This document shows positions 49,958 through 62,911 of a stretch of 64,000 bases of DNA, piece by piece. The position numbers and the translations under genes were made by a program. Location of the stretch: assembly GCA_951406725.2 (NCBI GenBank), contig OX597843.1, positions 14,508,001 through 14,572,000 on the forward strand. Direction: 5' to 3'. This DNA is from Octopus vulgaris (lineage: Eukaryota). Position 1 is the first letter of the stretch. Each line of letters opens with the position of its first letter. Below the pieces are notes generated by a model. That model ran no database searches, was not told where the DNA came from, and saw only the letters and a program-made list of their open reading frames with translations.

Positions 49958-51694
49958 AATACATATGTATATATATATATATGTTACATAATGTATGTTT
50001 GTATATTACATAATATATTCAACATTCCAAGAATATATATCTACCTATATACATATGAATGGTAGATTACATAATACATGGCACATACCAAGAATGACAG
50101 ATCTTATAAAACAAGTTAGAAGGGAGATAACTCAGTGGGACTCTGTAAATAGACACATTCTCTTTCTCTCTCTCGGATGGTGGTCATGCCGGGACACCAC
50201 CTCGAAGGGCTTTTAGTCGAACGAATTGATCAGTAATTTTTAAAGCCTGCTATATTTCCTATGCGGCTCTTCTTCTAGAATCGCTAATTTACTGAAACGC
50301 AAACAAACAAACACCGGTTGTCAGGCAGACACACATATAGATATGTAGGACAGGCTTCTTTCAGTTTCCGTCTTCCAAATCAACACACAAAATTTTGGTC
50401 GGCGTCGAGCTATTGTAAAAGACACTTGCCCAAGGTGCCATGCAGTGGGACTGAACCCGAGATCCGTGTAGTTGGGAAGGGAACTTCTTACCACGCAACC
50501 ACACCTGCGCCTATGTAATATATCAATACACACACACATCCAGACATTCGGAAACGTACAGAGACCTTTAACTTCACTTAAACCTTCATTATTCGTAAAT
50601 ATGGTGTCAAAATTTTCACTGGAAATAGTAACAAAATCTCCACTGACGTCGCAGCCTATGTCATTAACAGAGGAAGGACACATTATATAATGCAGGCCTG
50701 GATGTAATTAACTTGAATAATGAGCGTGATTGTCACAGCTGATGATAGATCTTTGGTGAGAGGTCGACCAGATCACGGCTGTCTTGAGAATAAACAACAG
50801 CGTCAAGGAAAAAAGACACATTAAATCACTTTGTCCTAGATACACTATGCCTGAATAAAAGATGGGATGATCACAGCTGGATCTCCTTTGATTATCGGTC
50901 TGATGGATCAGGACTGACCTAGGGCTAAACAACAACAACAACAACAACGAACACGCTAGATAATTCAGTCTTCGATGCTCTATGCCCGAATAAAGGACAG
51001 GATGGCCACAGTTGGACCATCTTTGATCACAGGTCTGCTCGATCAGGATTGACCTGGGGCTAAACTACTACTACAAGGAATCATACATTACATAACGTCG
51101 TCCTAGATAGAGTATATCTGAATAGAAGACAGGACGGTCACAGTTGGAATGCCACTGGTCACAGGTCTCGTGGCTCAGGTCTGACAAGCACAAACGACCT
51201 TCGACATCGTCTTATATAATTTCGTTGACATTTAAGGATGTTAAATCCATTCCAGTACATGTATGATATCGCCAACAGTCACTGGTTTTCGATTATATAA
51301 CACCTAAACATTGTCTCCCAGCAAACACAAACAAATAAGGTCAGATTACGACACAAAGAAACATTGACAAAACTTAAGGGTAGAATTAAATATTACAATA
51401 AAAGATCTGTTGAGGAATATGAATGTTCTTTATGGCCCTGATATATGCGGATATTCCCCCTGAATAGAGCCGTATCCGTATTATTGGTTTCAAATTTTGG
51501 TACAAGGCCAACGAGTAAGGCGATTACATCGACCCCCAGTGCTTAACTGGTACTTATTTTATCGGCTCCGAAAGGATGAAAGGTGAAGTCGACTTCGGAG
51601 AAATTTGAACTCACGAAATGGCTCTAAACTTTTTCCCCGTGCGAATGATTCTGCCTCATATTATTGATATCAGATACACAAACTTGCCCATATT

Positions 51695-52208
51695 GGCATA
51701 CCTCCACATATGTGCTCCCTCCACAGGTTTTGTTTCCTCATAACGTCTAGAAAAATGAATACCGAAAGTGAAATTTTCAACAAATACGCTTCAGATGGTG
51801 GAGATTCCGTTTATACCAGAATTTGTTGTAAAAGAAAAGAAAAAAAAAAGTTTTTTCCGTGAGTGGTTGAGAAGAGTTTCGGAAATTTCGCAAGAGTCGA
51901 CTTTATTTTCTCATAACTTTCAGAAAAGTAGCTACTTTTTGACGAAATTTTCTACAAATACCTTTCAGAGTCAGCAGATCACGGTTTTATCGTTATTTAA
52001 CACGAAAAATAAAACTAGCGAGCACAAACACACACATACATACATACATACATAGTTACAGACACAAGTCACAATTTTTTCGAAATTTCAAGTTTCACTT
52101 TGTAGGTATAAATGATGTATGTTAGTATATATGGGTACAGTTCACCAATTTTGTTATGAGGCAACAAAGTCGGCGCGGGGAGCGGGGTTACACATGTGGA
52201 GGTATGCC
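51695..52208. mobile_element. TIR MITE
   Basis: GGCATACCTCCACAT(A/G)TGT at both ends in inverted orientation; TSD not resolved. Confidence 0.75.
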
Positions 52209-52454
52209 TGAAGGGGAGAGACTACGGCGTGTGAATATATAGACCTGTGTTGGGATGGGCCGCGAAATTACGCTCACGCAGATGCGATTACAGAAAAGTT
52301 AGAGATAAAGTTGTAAAATTAATGAGAGTTGAAAACCAAAGGCTTCGAGTGACTGGCGAGGTTGTCCCAGGGGGTGAGTTACGGGTGGAAATATAATGAA
52401 GGATGATGAAAAGATGAAATAACAAACAACGACGGACGAAAACGAAGAGCTTAC

Positions 52455-52510
52455 CGTCTTGCTGTGTGGTAAACGTAGTTCACTGGTTTTGATGACGTTT
52501 CGAAAGTGAT
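52455..52510 (-). other. ADCK1: Candidate ADCK1 5' UTR exon / TSS region
   Basis: ACG|GTAAGC donor on the - strand at 52454 in a CpG-richer unique patch (52210-52510). Exon 1 needs an upstream donor. The 5' boundary is a guess. Confidence 0.45.
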
Positions 52511-52514
52511 GTAA

Positions 52515-53600
52515 GAAGGGAAGAGACAGAGAGAGAGATAGAGTAGAAGGAAAAGAGAGAGAGAGTAGAAGGAAGAGAGAGAGAGTAGAAGGAAGAGAGA
52601 GTAGAGTAGAATTGAGAGAGAGCGAGAGAGAGTAGAAGGAAGAGAGAGAGAGAGTAGAAGGAAAAGAGAGAGAGTAGAAGGAAAAGAGAGAGAGAGTAGA
52701 AGGAAGAGAGAGAGAAGAATGAATAGATAGAGAGAGAGAAGGAGAATAGAGGGAAGTATAAAGTGGATTGAGAGTGAGGCAATGAGAGTGTGATATATAG
52801 GTAGAGAGAGAAAAGGTGAAAGGGAATATGATAGAGAGAGTGTGTGTAAATTAGAAAGAAAATATGAAAAGAGAGAGGACAGAAAGGGAGGGAGACCGAG
52901 TGAGAAAGGGAAGTAGATGAATTGATAGAGAGAACAGAGGGGGGATTATGATAGACTGAAAGAGAGAGAGAGGGGGAAAGATGAGTGGGAGACGTGATAA
53001 TTAGAGAGATCAATGAGTGAGTGGTAGGTGGGGATGGGAAATGTAATTAGGGAGAGAACAAGGAGTGAAAGAGGGGGAGATGGGAATTATGATAGGGAGA
53101 GAAAACAAGCAATAAAGAGAAAGAGTGAGAGAGAAATATGATAGATAGAGAACGGAAAGAGAGGGAATAAGAGAAGGGAGAGAAAAGGGAGGAGTGAGAG
53201 CTGGAGGGGGAGTGTACACTTGTGATAAGCGTTAGAGAAAGAGGAAGAGGAGGAAGGAAAGTAAAAGAGTAAAATAAAGAAGAGAGAGAGGGGGAGGGAA
53301 GCAGGGAAGTAAAAGAGTAAAATAAAGAAGAGAGAGAGGGAGGGCGGGAGGGAAGTAAAAGAGTAAAATAAAGAAAAGAGAGAGAGAGGGGGAGGGAAGT
53401 AAAAGAGTAAAATAGAGAAGAGAGGGAGAGTAAGAGAGGGGGAAAGTAATAGTGAAAGAGAGAGAGAGAGACGAAGGTTGAAAGGTGAGCTGAGTAAAGA
53501 AGTTCTTAAAACTTTCGGTGAATGATTGAAGAGAATAAAATAAAAAGAGGGGTCGAATGATGGGGAGGAATGAATGGACGAGAGAAAGGAAATAGCTGCA
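52515..53600. repeat. ~1.1-kb polypurine (GA-rich) tract
   Basis: Directly visible, with units such as GAGAGAGTAGAAGGAA and GGAAGTAAAAGAGTAAAATAAAGAAGAGAGAG. Confidence 0.9.
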
Positions 53601-53793
53601 GGTCATTCTATAATAATAATAATAATAATGAAGTTATTATATACAGTGCTCAGGCAGTTCGGTTTAACTGTGTTGAGAGTTCAAATTCTGCCAAGGTTAA
53701 CTTCACAGGTTGACGGTTCATTGGTTCATATAAAATAAATTACCTGCCGACATATCGAATAGGTGTCTTTCCCCACTTTATTTTGGATTCCTT

Positions 53794-54200
53794 GGGTCTT
53801 TTCGGTTTGACCGGCAGTTTTTTAAAATAATTTCCACGTAACTAAACACTTTTAAACTTCGTATACTGGTAGAATGTGTTTATAAAACATCTTTTTCTCT
53901 TGGCTTTATTGAGAAAATTCTATAGTTTCTAAGGTATTTGTTGTTTTTACTTCAATTTCTGCAATTTCAACTAATCAATGACGTCTATTGAGGTGAAAAT
54001 ATTGTGTGCCGTATGAATGTGTCCCTTGTTTAAGAAACATTGGATTTATTTACATTTCTGAAGAAAAAAAGATACCCTTCTGCCCACCCCTAACCCTAAA
54101 ACAGATTGAAATGCAATAGATCGATACTAGGGTCATAATTATGGGTGACAATTTCATATGACACCGCTAGAAAAAACTGCCGTTCAAACCGAAAAGATCC
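53794..54200. mobile_element. MITE with GGATCTTTTCGGTTTGA.CGGCAGTTTTT TIRs
   Basis: Same family as 58196-58603; fragments at 55850-55979 and 56035-56187. Confidence 0.85.
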
Positions 54201-54423
54201 CTTTTATTTTCAACAACAGAGAGATATTACACAACCTCTCGCCTCAGCCTTTTCAAAATTTTACTTACGGTCGTGTGTTTGAGAAGTTGGTTTCCAAACT
54301 ACGATTCCAAATCCAGTTCCACTGCATAACACCAAAAGACACCTTGAAGACGTGTCTTCTGCATTGTTTCTTAATCATTTTTTTTTTTACCAATGGATCT
54401 CTTTCATTCCTATTTTACTATAT

Positions 54424-55109
54424 TTCAATTCAATTCAATTCAATTTTTATTGGCTCAAAAAGCAAAAGCAAGGCCATGTAGGGGGACAGGGAGTTATGTA
54501 CAGGGTGGTGTTCATGCAAAGAGTTCAGGCCATTTCTGGTCAAGAGAGGCTTTGAACCGAGCGGTCGTCGGTATATTCACTATCTCGTCCGGCAGCTTAT
54601 TCCACGGATCCGCAACCCGGACGGAGAAAGCCCCTCTCCTTCGATTGAGATGAAATCGTCACAGATAGAGCTTTTCGGAGTGACCCTGCAGCTGACACTC
54701 TGGAACAGGAGTGAAGAACAGCTCTTTCGAGAGGTTACACTTTCTGCTTATGATGTTGTGAGCGAGAATGAGATCACTACGGTGGCATCGTTTTTCTAGA
54801 GAATAAAGGTCGAGCGTCTTCAGCCTTTCTTCATAAGACAAATGCTTGAGACCAAGAACCATGCGGGTAGCCAGCTTCTGGACTCTTTCGAGATGATGTA
54901 TGTCTTTGAGGAGATAAGGAGAAGAGGCTTGAATCCCGTACTCCAATATGGGTCTCAGCAGCGTGACATAGAGCGGTAGGAATATGGCTGCTGTGAGCAT
55001 TCCGAATGACCCTCGAATCAAAAACAGAACTCCGCGTGCTTTGTTGGCAGCATGGACGCATTGGGCCGAAGGCGAAAAGGAGGAATCCACCAAGATACCC
55101 AGGTCCTTT
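54424..55109 (-). mobile_element. 5'-truncated CR1-group LINE (same family as 23741)
   Basis: Near-identical ORF VDSSFSPSAQC..LEYGIQA..LERVQKLATRMV..; (ATTGA)n tail. Confidence 0.9.
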
Positions 55110-56272
55110 GAACCCTAATAAACATATTATTTTTAGAATGAGATATTATTAGGAATTGCATAATTAAAAAAAAATTGTTAGAATATTTTGTGAATTTTAG
55201 AAGTATAACCAATTAACCAATTAAATGCACATGAATCAGATCTTGTGAATTTTCCGAAAGTCCTTTCCCCAGCCCCGTTCGTTTGCGCAAATTTTTGTTT
55301 TCCCATTCGTTTACTCCACAACGTTGTCAGTGAGTTTACGTACCCATAACTTAGCGGTGCGGCAAAAGTGTCCGATAGAATAAGAACTAGACTTTGGAAA
55401 AATAAGTCCTGGGATTGATTTCTTCGACTAAAACCCTTTAAGGAGCTACTCCAGCATGGCCGCAGTCAAATGATTGAAACAAGTAAATGAATAAAAGAAT
55501 ACAAATGAAATTGTTTGGTCCAGTTGGTCGATTTTCCGAGTTGGATCCTGAGTACCGTGTTCTTTTCTCTGAGGATCTGGCTGGGGTGACGGCTCGTGTT
55601 GGTGAGCTCCAAACCACATGGTCACGGCGGAGCTGGGAACTGACTGGGACACTGTCCGGACCAGGATGACATGAGCACATCCAGACAAATGCTTGAAGTA
55701 ACGATGCATGCCCCACAAACCTGAGCTAAATATCCTCACTGCGTGTGTATGATGTTGTCTCAGTTTTAGACACAGCAAATGATTTTAGCTCAAAAGAGAG
55801 CATAGGATTGGTTAAAATTCGAAAAATTAAACTACGTTAAACAAACAAATTACAATTTTCTCAAGAAAGCCAAGAGAAAAATGATGTTTTATAAACACAT
55901 TCTTCCAGTATACGAAGTTTTAAAGTGTTTAGTTAACTAGAAATTGTGTTGAAAAGTGCCGTTCAAAAGGAAAAGATCCACTTTCATTTTGTGATCATAA
56001 AACGAAAGAATATCGGAATCTTGTAGAGAGCTGTGGATCTTTTCGGTTTGAACGGCAGTTTTTTCTAGCGGCGTCATATGAAATTGTCACCCATAATTAT
56101 GACCCTAGTATCGATCTATTGCATTTCAATCTGTTAGGGTTGGTTAGGGGTGGGGTATCTTTTTTTCTTCAGAAATGTAAATAAACCAGTGGAGACTATT
56201 TTCCCCCGGACACCGCACACCGGTTCACTGTTAAACTTCTTCCGGCCACATGTTGTTGTTACCGAAACCGAA

Positions 56273-56366
56273 ATGTTTTCAGACGACGCAAAACCGCGAT
56301 TATTGGAGAATATCAGGGACAGCCTCGACCGCAACGTCTTCACTGGACCCTATGGTCAAAGACAAG
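56273..56366 (+). CDS. Class-V aminotransferase / cysteine desulfurase-like protein, coding exon 1
   Basis: ATG..MFSDDAKPRLLENIRDSLDRNVFTGPYGQRQ(V); CAAG|GTATAT donor, phase 1, joining the next exon in frame to give the family motif F.GP(F/Y)G.R...Y.DY.ASGR. Confidence 0.8.
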
Positions 56367-57361
56367 GTATATATATATATATATACATACATGCCACTTT
56401 GTGTGTGTGTATGAATGCTTATTCTCTCTTTCTCTCTTTTACTTGTTTCAGTCATTATACTGCGGCCATGCTGGAGCACCGCCTTTAATCGAGCAAATCA
56501 ACCCCGGGACTTATTCTTTTGTAAGCCCAGTACTTACTCTATCGGTGTCTTTTGCCGAACCGCTAAGTAACTGGGACGTAAACACACCAGCATCGGTTGT
56601 CAAGCAATGCTAAGGGGACAAACACAGACACACAAACATACACACGCATATATATATTTCTTTACTACCCACGACGGGCTACACATTGAGGGGGCAAACA
56701 AGGACAGACAAAGGGATTAAGTCGATTACATCGACCCCAGTGCGAAACTGGTACTTAATTTATCGATCCCGAAAGGATGAAAGGCAAAGTCGACCTCGCC
56801 GGAAATTGAACTCACAACATAACGACAGACGCATATACATATATACGACAGGCTTCTTTCAGTTTCCGTCTACCAAATCCACTCACCAGGCTTTGGTCGG
56901 CCCGAGGCTATAGTAGAAGACACCTGCCCAAGGTGCCACGCAGTGGGACTGAACCTGGAACCATGTGGTTGGTAAGCAAGCTACTTACCACACAGCCACT
57001 TACATGTGTATGTGTGTGTGATCGAATCTGCTGCGAGTTAACAAGGGACCCCCTAAGGACAATGTAAATTTCATGTAATCGAGGTATCCTTGGTCTGAAG
57101 GGTAGCTTGCGGTCCACCCCTCGTTTGGATAATTATTACTTCCGAGGTTCCGCAAGCTGTGAAACATATGTAGCCTGGGCGATCCTTCGGTATAGGTACT
57201 GTAAGTACCGGAAGTGGCTTTGTTTACATTTCTGAAGTTAACAGAAACCCTTTTCTCCCACCCCTAACACAAACCCTAACCCAAACCCCCCATATATATA
57301 TAAAAAAAACAACACTTTCTTGAAATATATCCGGTACCTATACGCCAAATAACCTTTTTTC

Positions 57362-57609
57362 GGTACTACTAGCGAACAGTGGTCCTGGTGCGCGCTGTCG
57401 CGCATCCGCGCTAACTAGTCGTAAGTAGTCGATCCTACAACGACTACCTGGCAAAGTAAATAAAACACAAAATAAATAATTTTTTTTACACAAAGTAAAT
57501 AAATTTTGTTAAACAAAGTAAATAACACAAAGTAAGGATCGACTAGTCACGACTAGCTAGCGCGACTGTGCGTGCGCGCGCACCGGGATCATTGTTCGCT
57601 CGTAGTACC
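57362..57609. mobile_element. MITE with ~75-bp GC-rich TIRs
   Basis: GGTACTAC.AGCGAACA.TG.TCC.GGTGCGCGC... inverted at both ends; near-TSD CC(T)5-6C. Confidence 0.8.
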
Positions 57610-58195
57610 CCTTTTTCAGCTTATCACACTTCGATACGGGAAACATTCACGGTAAAATAAAGGGTTTGCCATGCATTGGGAGATCAGGGTACTTGATTCA
57701 CGCAAAAAAATCCGAGTGCGTGAGGGTGAAAGTAGCAAAATTTACCAAATTTACAACGTTTTGCACCAGGAAACCACTGTTGTTCTGAAAGTTAAAAAAT
57801 TTTTTTTTATATCTTCTACGAACTGGTTGAAGCTCACTAACTTCCTACAACTTGATCCTTCGCTCCTACACACACATGTATTGAAGTTTCCAAAAGTCAT
57901 TGGTGCTGTGTGTCTATGAGTGTTAGGTAAAAGGAATTCAAAAAAGATGCTCAAGGTTTTTGGAAAGATGGTGGATAATCTTGTAGGTGTCTACCAAGTC
58001 AGTTGTCAGATGTTGGAGCCTTTAAAGCCCAAGGAAGCAAAATCTTCTGAGAATGGTAGATGCCTGACGGCGGCTATTCATTTGGTTGCATGCTTCTGAA
58101 CAGTTTCCAGGAGATTGATATGCCGAGCAAGATAACGGTTCCAACATGGTGATGAAAACTCTAAGTGTGGAGGTACCAGAGACATATACAGATTT

Positions 58196-58603
58196 GGATC
58201 TTTTCGGTTTGACCGGCAGTTTTTTAAAAATAATTTCCACGTAACTAAACACTTTTAAACTTCGTATACTGGTAGATTGTGTTTATAAAACATCTTTTTC
58301 TCTTGGCTTTATTGAGAAAATTCTATAGTTTGTAAGATATTTGTTGTTTTTTCATCTCAATTTCTGTAATTTCAACCAATCAATTATGTCTATTGAGGTA
58401 AAAAATATTCTGTGCCGTATGAATATGTCCCTCGTTTAAGAAACAGATTGGGTTTATTTACATTTCTGAAGAAAAAAAGATACCCCACCCCTAACCAACC
58501 CTAACAGATTGAAATGCAATAGATCGATACTAGGGTCATAATTATGGGTGACAATTTCATATGACGCCGCTAGAAAAAACTGCCGTTCAAACCGAAAAGA
58601 TCC
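58196..58603. mobile_element. MITE, ~28-bp TIRs, 8-bp TSD
   Basis: GGATCTTTTCGGTTTGACCGGCAG...CTGCCGTTCAAACCGAAAAGATCC; flanks ACAGATTT/ACAGCTTT. Confidence 0.88.
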
Positions 58604-58853
58604 ACAGCTTTAAATACAGAACTAAGCTTAAAAAGAAAAAAAAAATTGACTAAACCCTTGGAGGCAGTGCCCCAGCATGGTCACATTTCAATGACAGTAA
58701 CTCTGTGGTAAGAAGCTTGCTTCCCAACCACATGGTTCTGGGTTCAGTCCCACTGCATGACATCTTGGGCAAGTGCTTTCTGTTAAAGCCTCAGGCCGAC
58801 CAAAGCCTTGTGAGTGGATTCGGTATATGGAAACTGAAAGAAGCCCGTCGTAT

Positions 58854-58888
<35 letters not shown>

Positions 58889-59094
58889 CATATATCATGA
58901 GATGCCATGATAGATCGGTAGCCACTACACACATTTTTTTCTCTCTTTGTTTTTTCTGTGTCCCTTTCTGTAGAAGAGCGTAGGCTCGAAACATAAAAGA
59001 CTTTTTCTATTCCTGAGCGTTATACTAATACATCTGTTTGTTTTGTACACCACCTGTCTTCGTCTTTTGTTTTTTTCGTAAACTTTCCCCATAC

Positions 59095-59139
<45 letters not shown>

Positions 59140-59140
<1 letters not shown>

Positions 59141-59534
59141 TAGCAGTATAGCCCGGCGTTGCCCGGGTATGTAAGAGCCCCTAGTAGGCAACGACTAATC
59201 CCAATCTAGTTCTTTCCCCCTAGGGAACGAAGGCGCATGTGTAGGCTGCAATGTCTTCTCTTCACTCGAATACTTCTATGTATACGATGTTCCTAGCTGT
59301 CTCCCGACAGAAAATGTGTTGCATAAAAAAAGCTTAGATTCTCGACCCCATGTCGAATTTATCGATTTTTTCAGAACTGGGGGAACTTTTCAAAATTTTC
59401 GCTGCATTAGTTTTGAATTATTTGGGCTATGTGTGTGTCAAGTTTCATCAGAATCGGTTGAAAGCCGTGGTCAGGGTGAGGGTACAACCTGACAGACACA
59501 CAGACAGACAAACTGCCATTTATATATAGAGAGA
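59140..59534 (-). mobile_element. Short (395 bp) deletion derivative of the 19821 Helitron
   Basis: Shares both termini and the CCCGG..CCGGG hairpin; A|T insertion at the end of an (AT)n tract. Confidence 0.92.
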
Positions 59535-60178
59535 TAAGTGTATATATGTTTGTACCCCCAACATCGCTTGACAACCGATGCTGGTGTGTTTACATCCCCG
59601 TAACTTAGCAGTTTGGCAAAAAGAGGCTGATAGAATAAGTACTAGGCTTACAAAGAGTAAGTTCTGGAATCGATTTGTTCGACTAAAGGTGGTGCTCCAG
59701 CATGGCCGCAGTCAAATGACTGAAACAAGTAAAAGAGTAAACTAATAAATTGATGCGCCATGTTGGTTTTCGAGTGCATCATCATCATCATCATTGTTTA
59801 AAGTCTGCTTTCCATGCTGGCATGGGTTGGACGGTTCGACCGGGGTCTGGAGAGCCGGGAGGCTGCGCCAGGCTCCAATCCGATCTGGCAAAGTTCCTAC
59901 GGCTTGATGCCCTTCCTAATGCCAACCACTCTGAGAGTGTAGTGGTTTCAAAACTGGCTGGTTTTGAATTTTGGAATGGAGCTTGCAGTTTTGGGGTAGG
60001 AGCTAAGTTGTGTAAATTGACTCCAGTATTTAACTGGTACTTAGTTTTGAAAGGAAAACCTGGCCCTGGCTGTGCTAACGATTCTCTCAGCTTGCCGTCT
60101 TGTTCTGTTCCAATGTTTTGAATGTATTTTCTTTTTTTCTGGTTTTCATCATCATCATCACCACTACTACCACTATAT

Positions 60179-60957
60179 ATTTCTTTACTACCCACAAGGG
60201 GCTAAACACAGAGGGGACAAACAAGGACAGACAAACGGATTAAGTTGATTATATCGACCCCAGTGCGTAACTGGTACTTAATTTATCGACCCCCCGAAAG
60301 GATGAAAGGCAAAGTCGACCTCGGCGGAATTTGAACTGAGAACATAGCGATGAGCGAAATATCTATTTCTTTACTACCCACAAGGGGCTAAACATAGAGG
60401 GGACAGACAAGGACAGACAAACGGATTAAGTTGATTATATCGACCCCAGTGCGTAACTGGTACTTAATTTATCGACCCCCCCGAAAGGATGAAAGGCAAA
60501 GTCGACCTCGGCGGAATTTGAACTGAGAACATAGCGATGAGCGAAATATCTATTTCTTTACTACCCACAAGGGGCTAAACATAGAGGGGACAGACAAGGA
60601 CAGACAAACGGATTAAGTTGATTATATCGACCCCAGTGCGTAACTGGTACTTAATTTATCGACCCCCCGAAAGGATGAAAGGCAAAGTCGACCTCGGCGG
60701 AATTTGAACTGAGAACATAGCGATGAGCGAAATATCTATTTCTTTACTACCCACAAGGGGCTAAACATAGAGGGGACAGACAAACAGATTAAGTAGATTA
60801 TATCGACCTCAGTGTGTAACTGGTACTTAATTTATCGACCCCGAAAGGAGGAAAGGCAAAGTCGACCTTGGTGGAATTTGAACTCACAACGTAACGGCAG
60901 ACGAAATACGGCTACGCATTTTGCCCAGCGTGCTAACGTTTCTGCCAGCTCACCACC
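60179..60957 (-). mobile_element. Head-to-tail tetramer of SINE family B
   Basis: Units start at 60179, 60365, 60552 and 60738 (186-187 bp); the first three are almost identical; one head at the end. Confidence 0.92.
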
Positions 60958-61220
60958 TTATCATCACTACCACTATCATCATCATCACGATCATCATTGT
61001 CAACATCATTTATAACATTACCATTCATTGTTGTCAACATCACCACCGCCACCATCATCATTGTTGTTGTTGTCATCATCATCATCATCATCATCATCAT
61101 TATTATCAACACAACCACCACCACCACCACCACCACCACCACCACCACCACCACCACCATCATCATCATCATTTAAATGTGTTCTTTATTTCTCTCTCAT
61201 TTTTCTTTTCTCCCTTTCAG

Positions 61221-61251
61221 TTCTCTATTTGGATTACGTGGCATCCGGAAG
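61221..61251 (+). CDS. Cysteine desulfurase-like gene, 31-nt coding exon 2
   Basis: Long pyrimidine tract + CAG; (V)LYLDYVASG(R); AG|GTAAGT donor; phases 1 and 2 fit both neighbours. Confidence 0.85.
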
Positions 61252-61275
61252 GTAAGTGAATGCACATCTGTCCGT

Positions 61276-61315
<40 letters not shown>

Positions 61316-61624
61316 CAGTATATTTAACCCTACCACCATCATCATCACCATCATAGTTTTCTGAGTTTGTATGGGTCAGATGGAATTTGTTGAAGCAGAT
61401 GTTTTCCACGGCTGGATGCCCTTCCTGTCACCAACCCTCACCTCTTTCCCCTTGGCCAGACATGTTTTTGTGGAAGATTGGAAATGAAGGGCACCTCTTG
61501 CATTACAGCGATTCTTGTTTACAGCTGTCATGTGCAGTCAGGACAAGGAGAAACTTACAGACACACACACACACATGACCATCTGTCTGTCTGTCTATCA
61601 ACAGATGCACACACACACAAGATG

Positions 61625-62090
61625 CATTCCAGAAGTTTCCTGCCTTTTTTTAGGAGAGACATTTATTCATTTCGAAGAAGTACAAAACTCTAATCCCCTT
61701 CAACGTAGGGTCCTCTGATTTCAATGCACGTTTTGTAGTGTTCCGGCCACTTTGTGAAGGCCCTATGGAAGACCTTCAAAGTGGAAGGGCCCAGGACCCA
61801 TGTAACAACCTCCTTCATCTTCTCCATGCCTTCAAAACAGCTGCCCCTGAGGTTCTCCTTTAACTTGTGGAACAATCAAAAGTCACAGGGAGCAAGGCCC
61901 TGATTGTAAGGAGGGCAAGGGACAGATTTGATGCCCATCTTTGTCAAGAGGTTGGTTACCAGGATGAAACCGTGGACTCCATTTTCCTGGTGCAGGTGCC
62001 TTTGTCTATTTGTGATGAATTCTTTTCCTGGACTTGCTCAAAACTTCCACAAAGTACTATCTGCAGGGATCCACTGGATGTAAATGATCT
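61625..62090 (-). mobile_element. Mariner transposase C-terminal fragment
   Basis: FHKLKENLRG..FE..E.MKEVV..F..AF.KW.E....CIE..G.YVEGD. Confidence 0.75.
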
Positions 62091-62094
62091 CCTT

Positions 62095-62658
62095 TACTCT
62101 TTATTCTTTACTCTTTTACTTGTTTCAGTCATTTGACTGCGGCCATGCTGGAGCACCGCCTTTAATCGAGCAAATTGACCCCGGGAATTATTCTTTGTAA
62201 GCCCAGTACTTATTCTATCGGTCTCTTTTACCGAACCGCTAAGTAACGGGGACATAAACACACCAGCATCGGTTGTCAAGCAATGCTAGGGGGACAAACA
62301 CAGACACGCATGCGTGTCACCTTGGGCAAGTGTCTTCTACTATAGCCCCGGGCCGACCAATGCCTTGTGAGTGGATTTGGTAGACAGAAACTGAAAGAAG
62401 CCCGTTGTATATATGTATATATATGTATGCGTGTGTATATGTTTGTGTGTCTGTGTTTGTCCCCCTAGCATTGCTTGACAACCGATGCTGGTGTGTTTAC
62501 GTCCCCGTCACTTAGCGGTTCGGCAAAAGAGTCCGATAGAATAAGTACTGGGCTTACAAAGAATAAGTCCCGGGGTCTATTTGCTCGACTAAAGGCGGTG
62601 CTCCAGCATGGCCGCAGTCAAATGACTGAAACAAGTAAAAGAGTAAAAAGAGTAAAGA
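62095..62658. mobile_element. Inverted pair of SINE family A segments
   Basis: 62095-62305 (-) and 62447-62658 (+) are near-identical reverse complements. Confidence 0.88.
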
Positions 62659-62911
62659 GATTGTCTGTGGAGTACTCAGCCGCTTGCATGTTAATTTCAC
62701 AAGCAAGCTATTCTGTTAGCCATATCAGCTGGACCCTTGTTGTCATAACCGACAGAGTGCTCTTTTACTCTGCCATCTTCAAACCGCTTCTGCCGGCGTT
62801 TGTCTTTGTGTTTGTTGTTAGTTTGTTTATGTCCCTGTCACCTAGCAGTTCAACAGAAGAGACCAATAAAGTAAGTTATTGAAAGATGATGCCTTCTCTG
62901 TTTCGTTCCAG

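Noticed and set aside
57207-57217. ETS motif ACCGGAAGTG as a gene promoter
   Set aside because: Lies in a segment sharing sequence with the local MITE family, inside intron 1 of the + strand gene; no independent support.
54085-58505. Telomere-like CCCTAA repeats (54088, 57262, 58489)
   Set aside because: Only 2-3 imperfect units, internal to MITEs.
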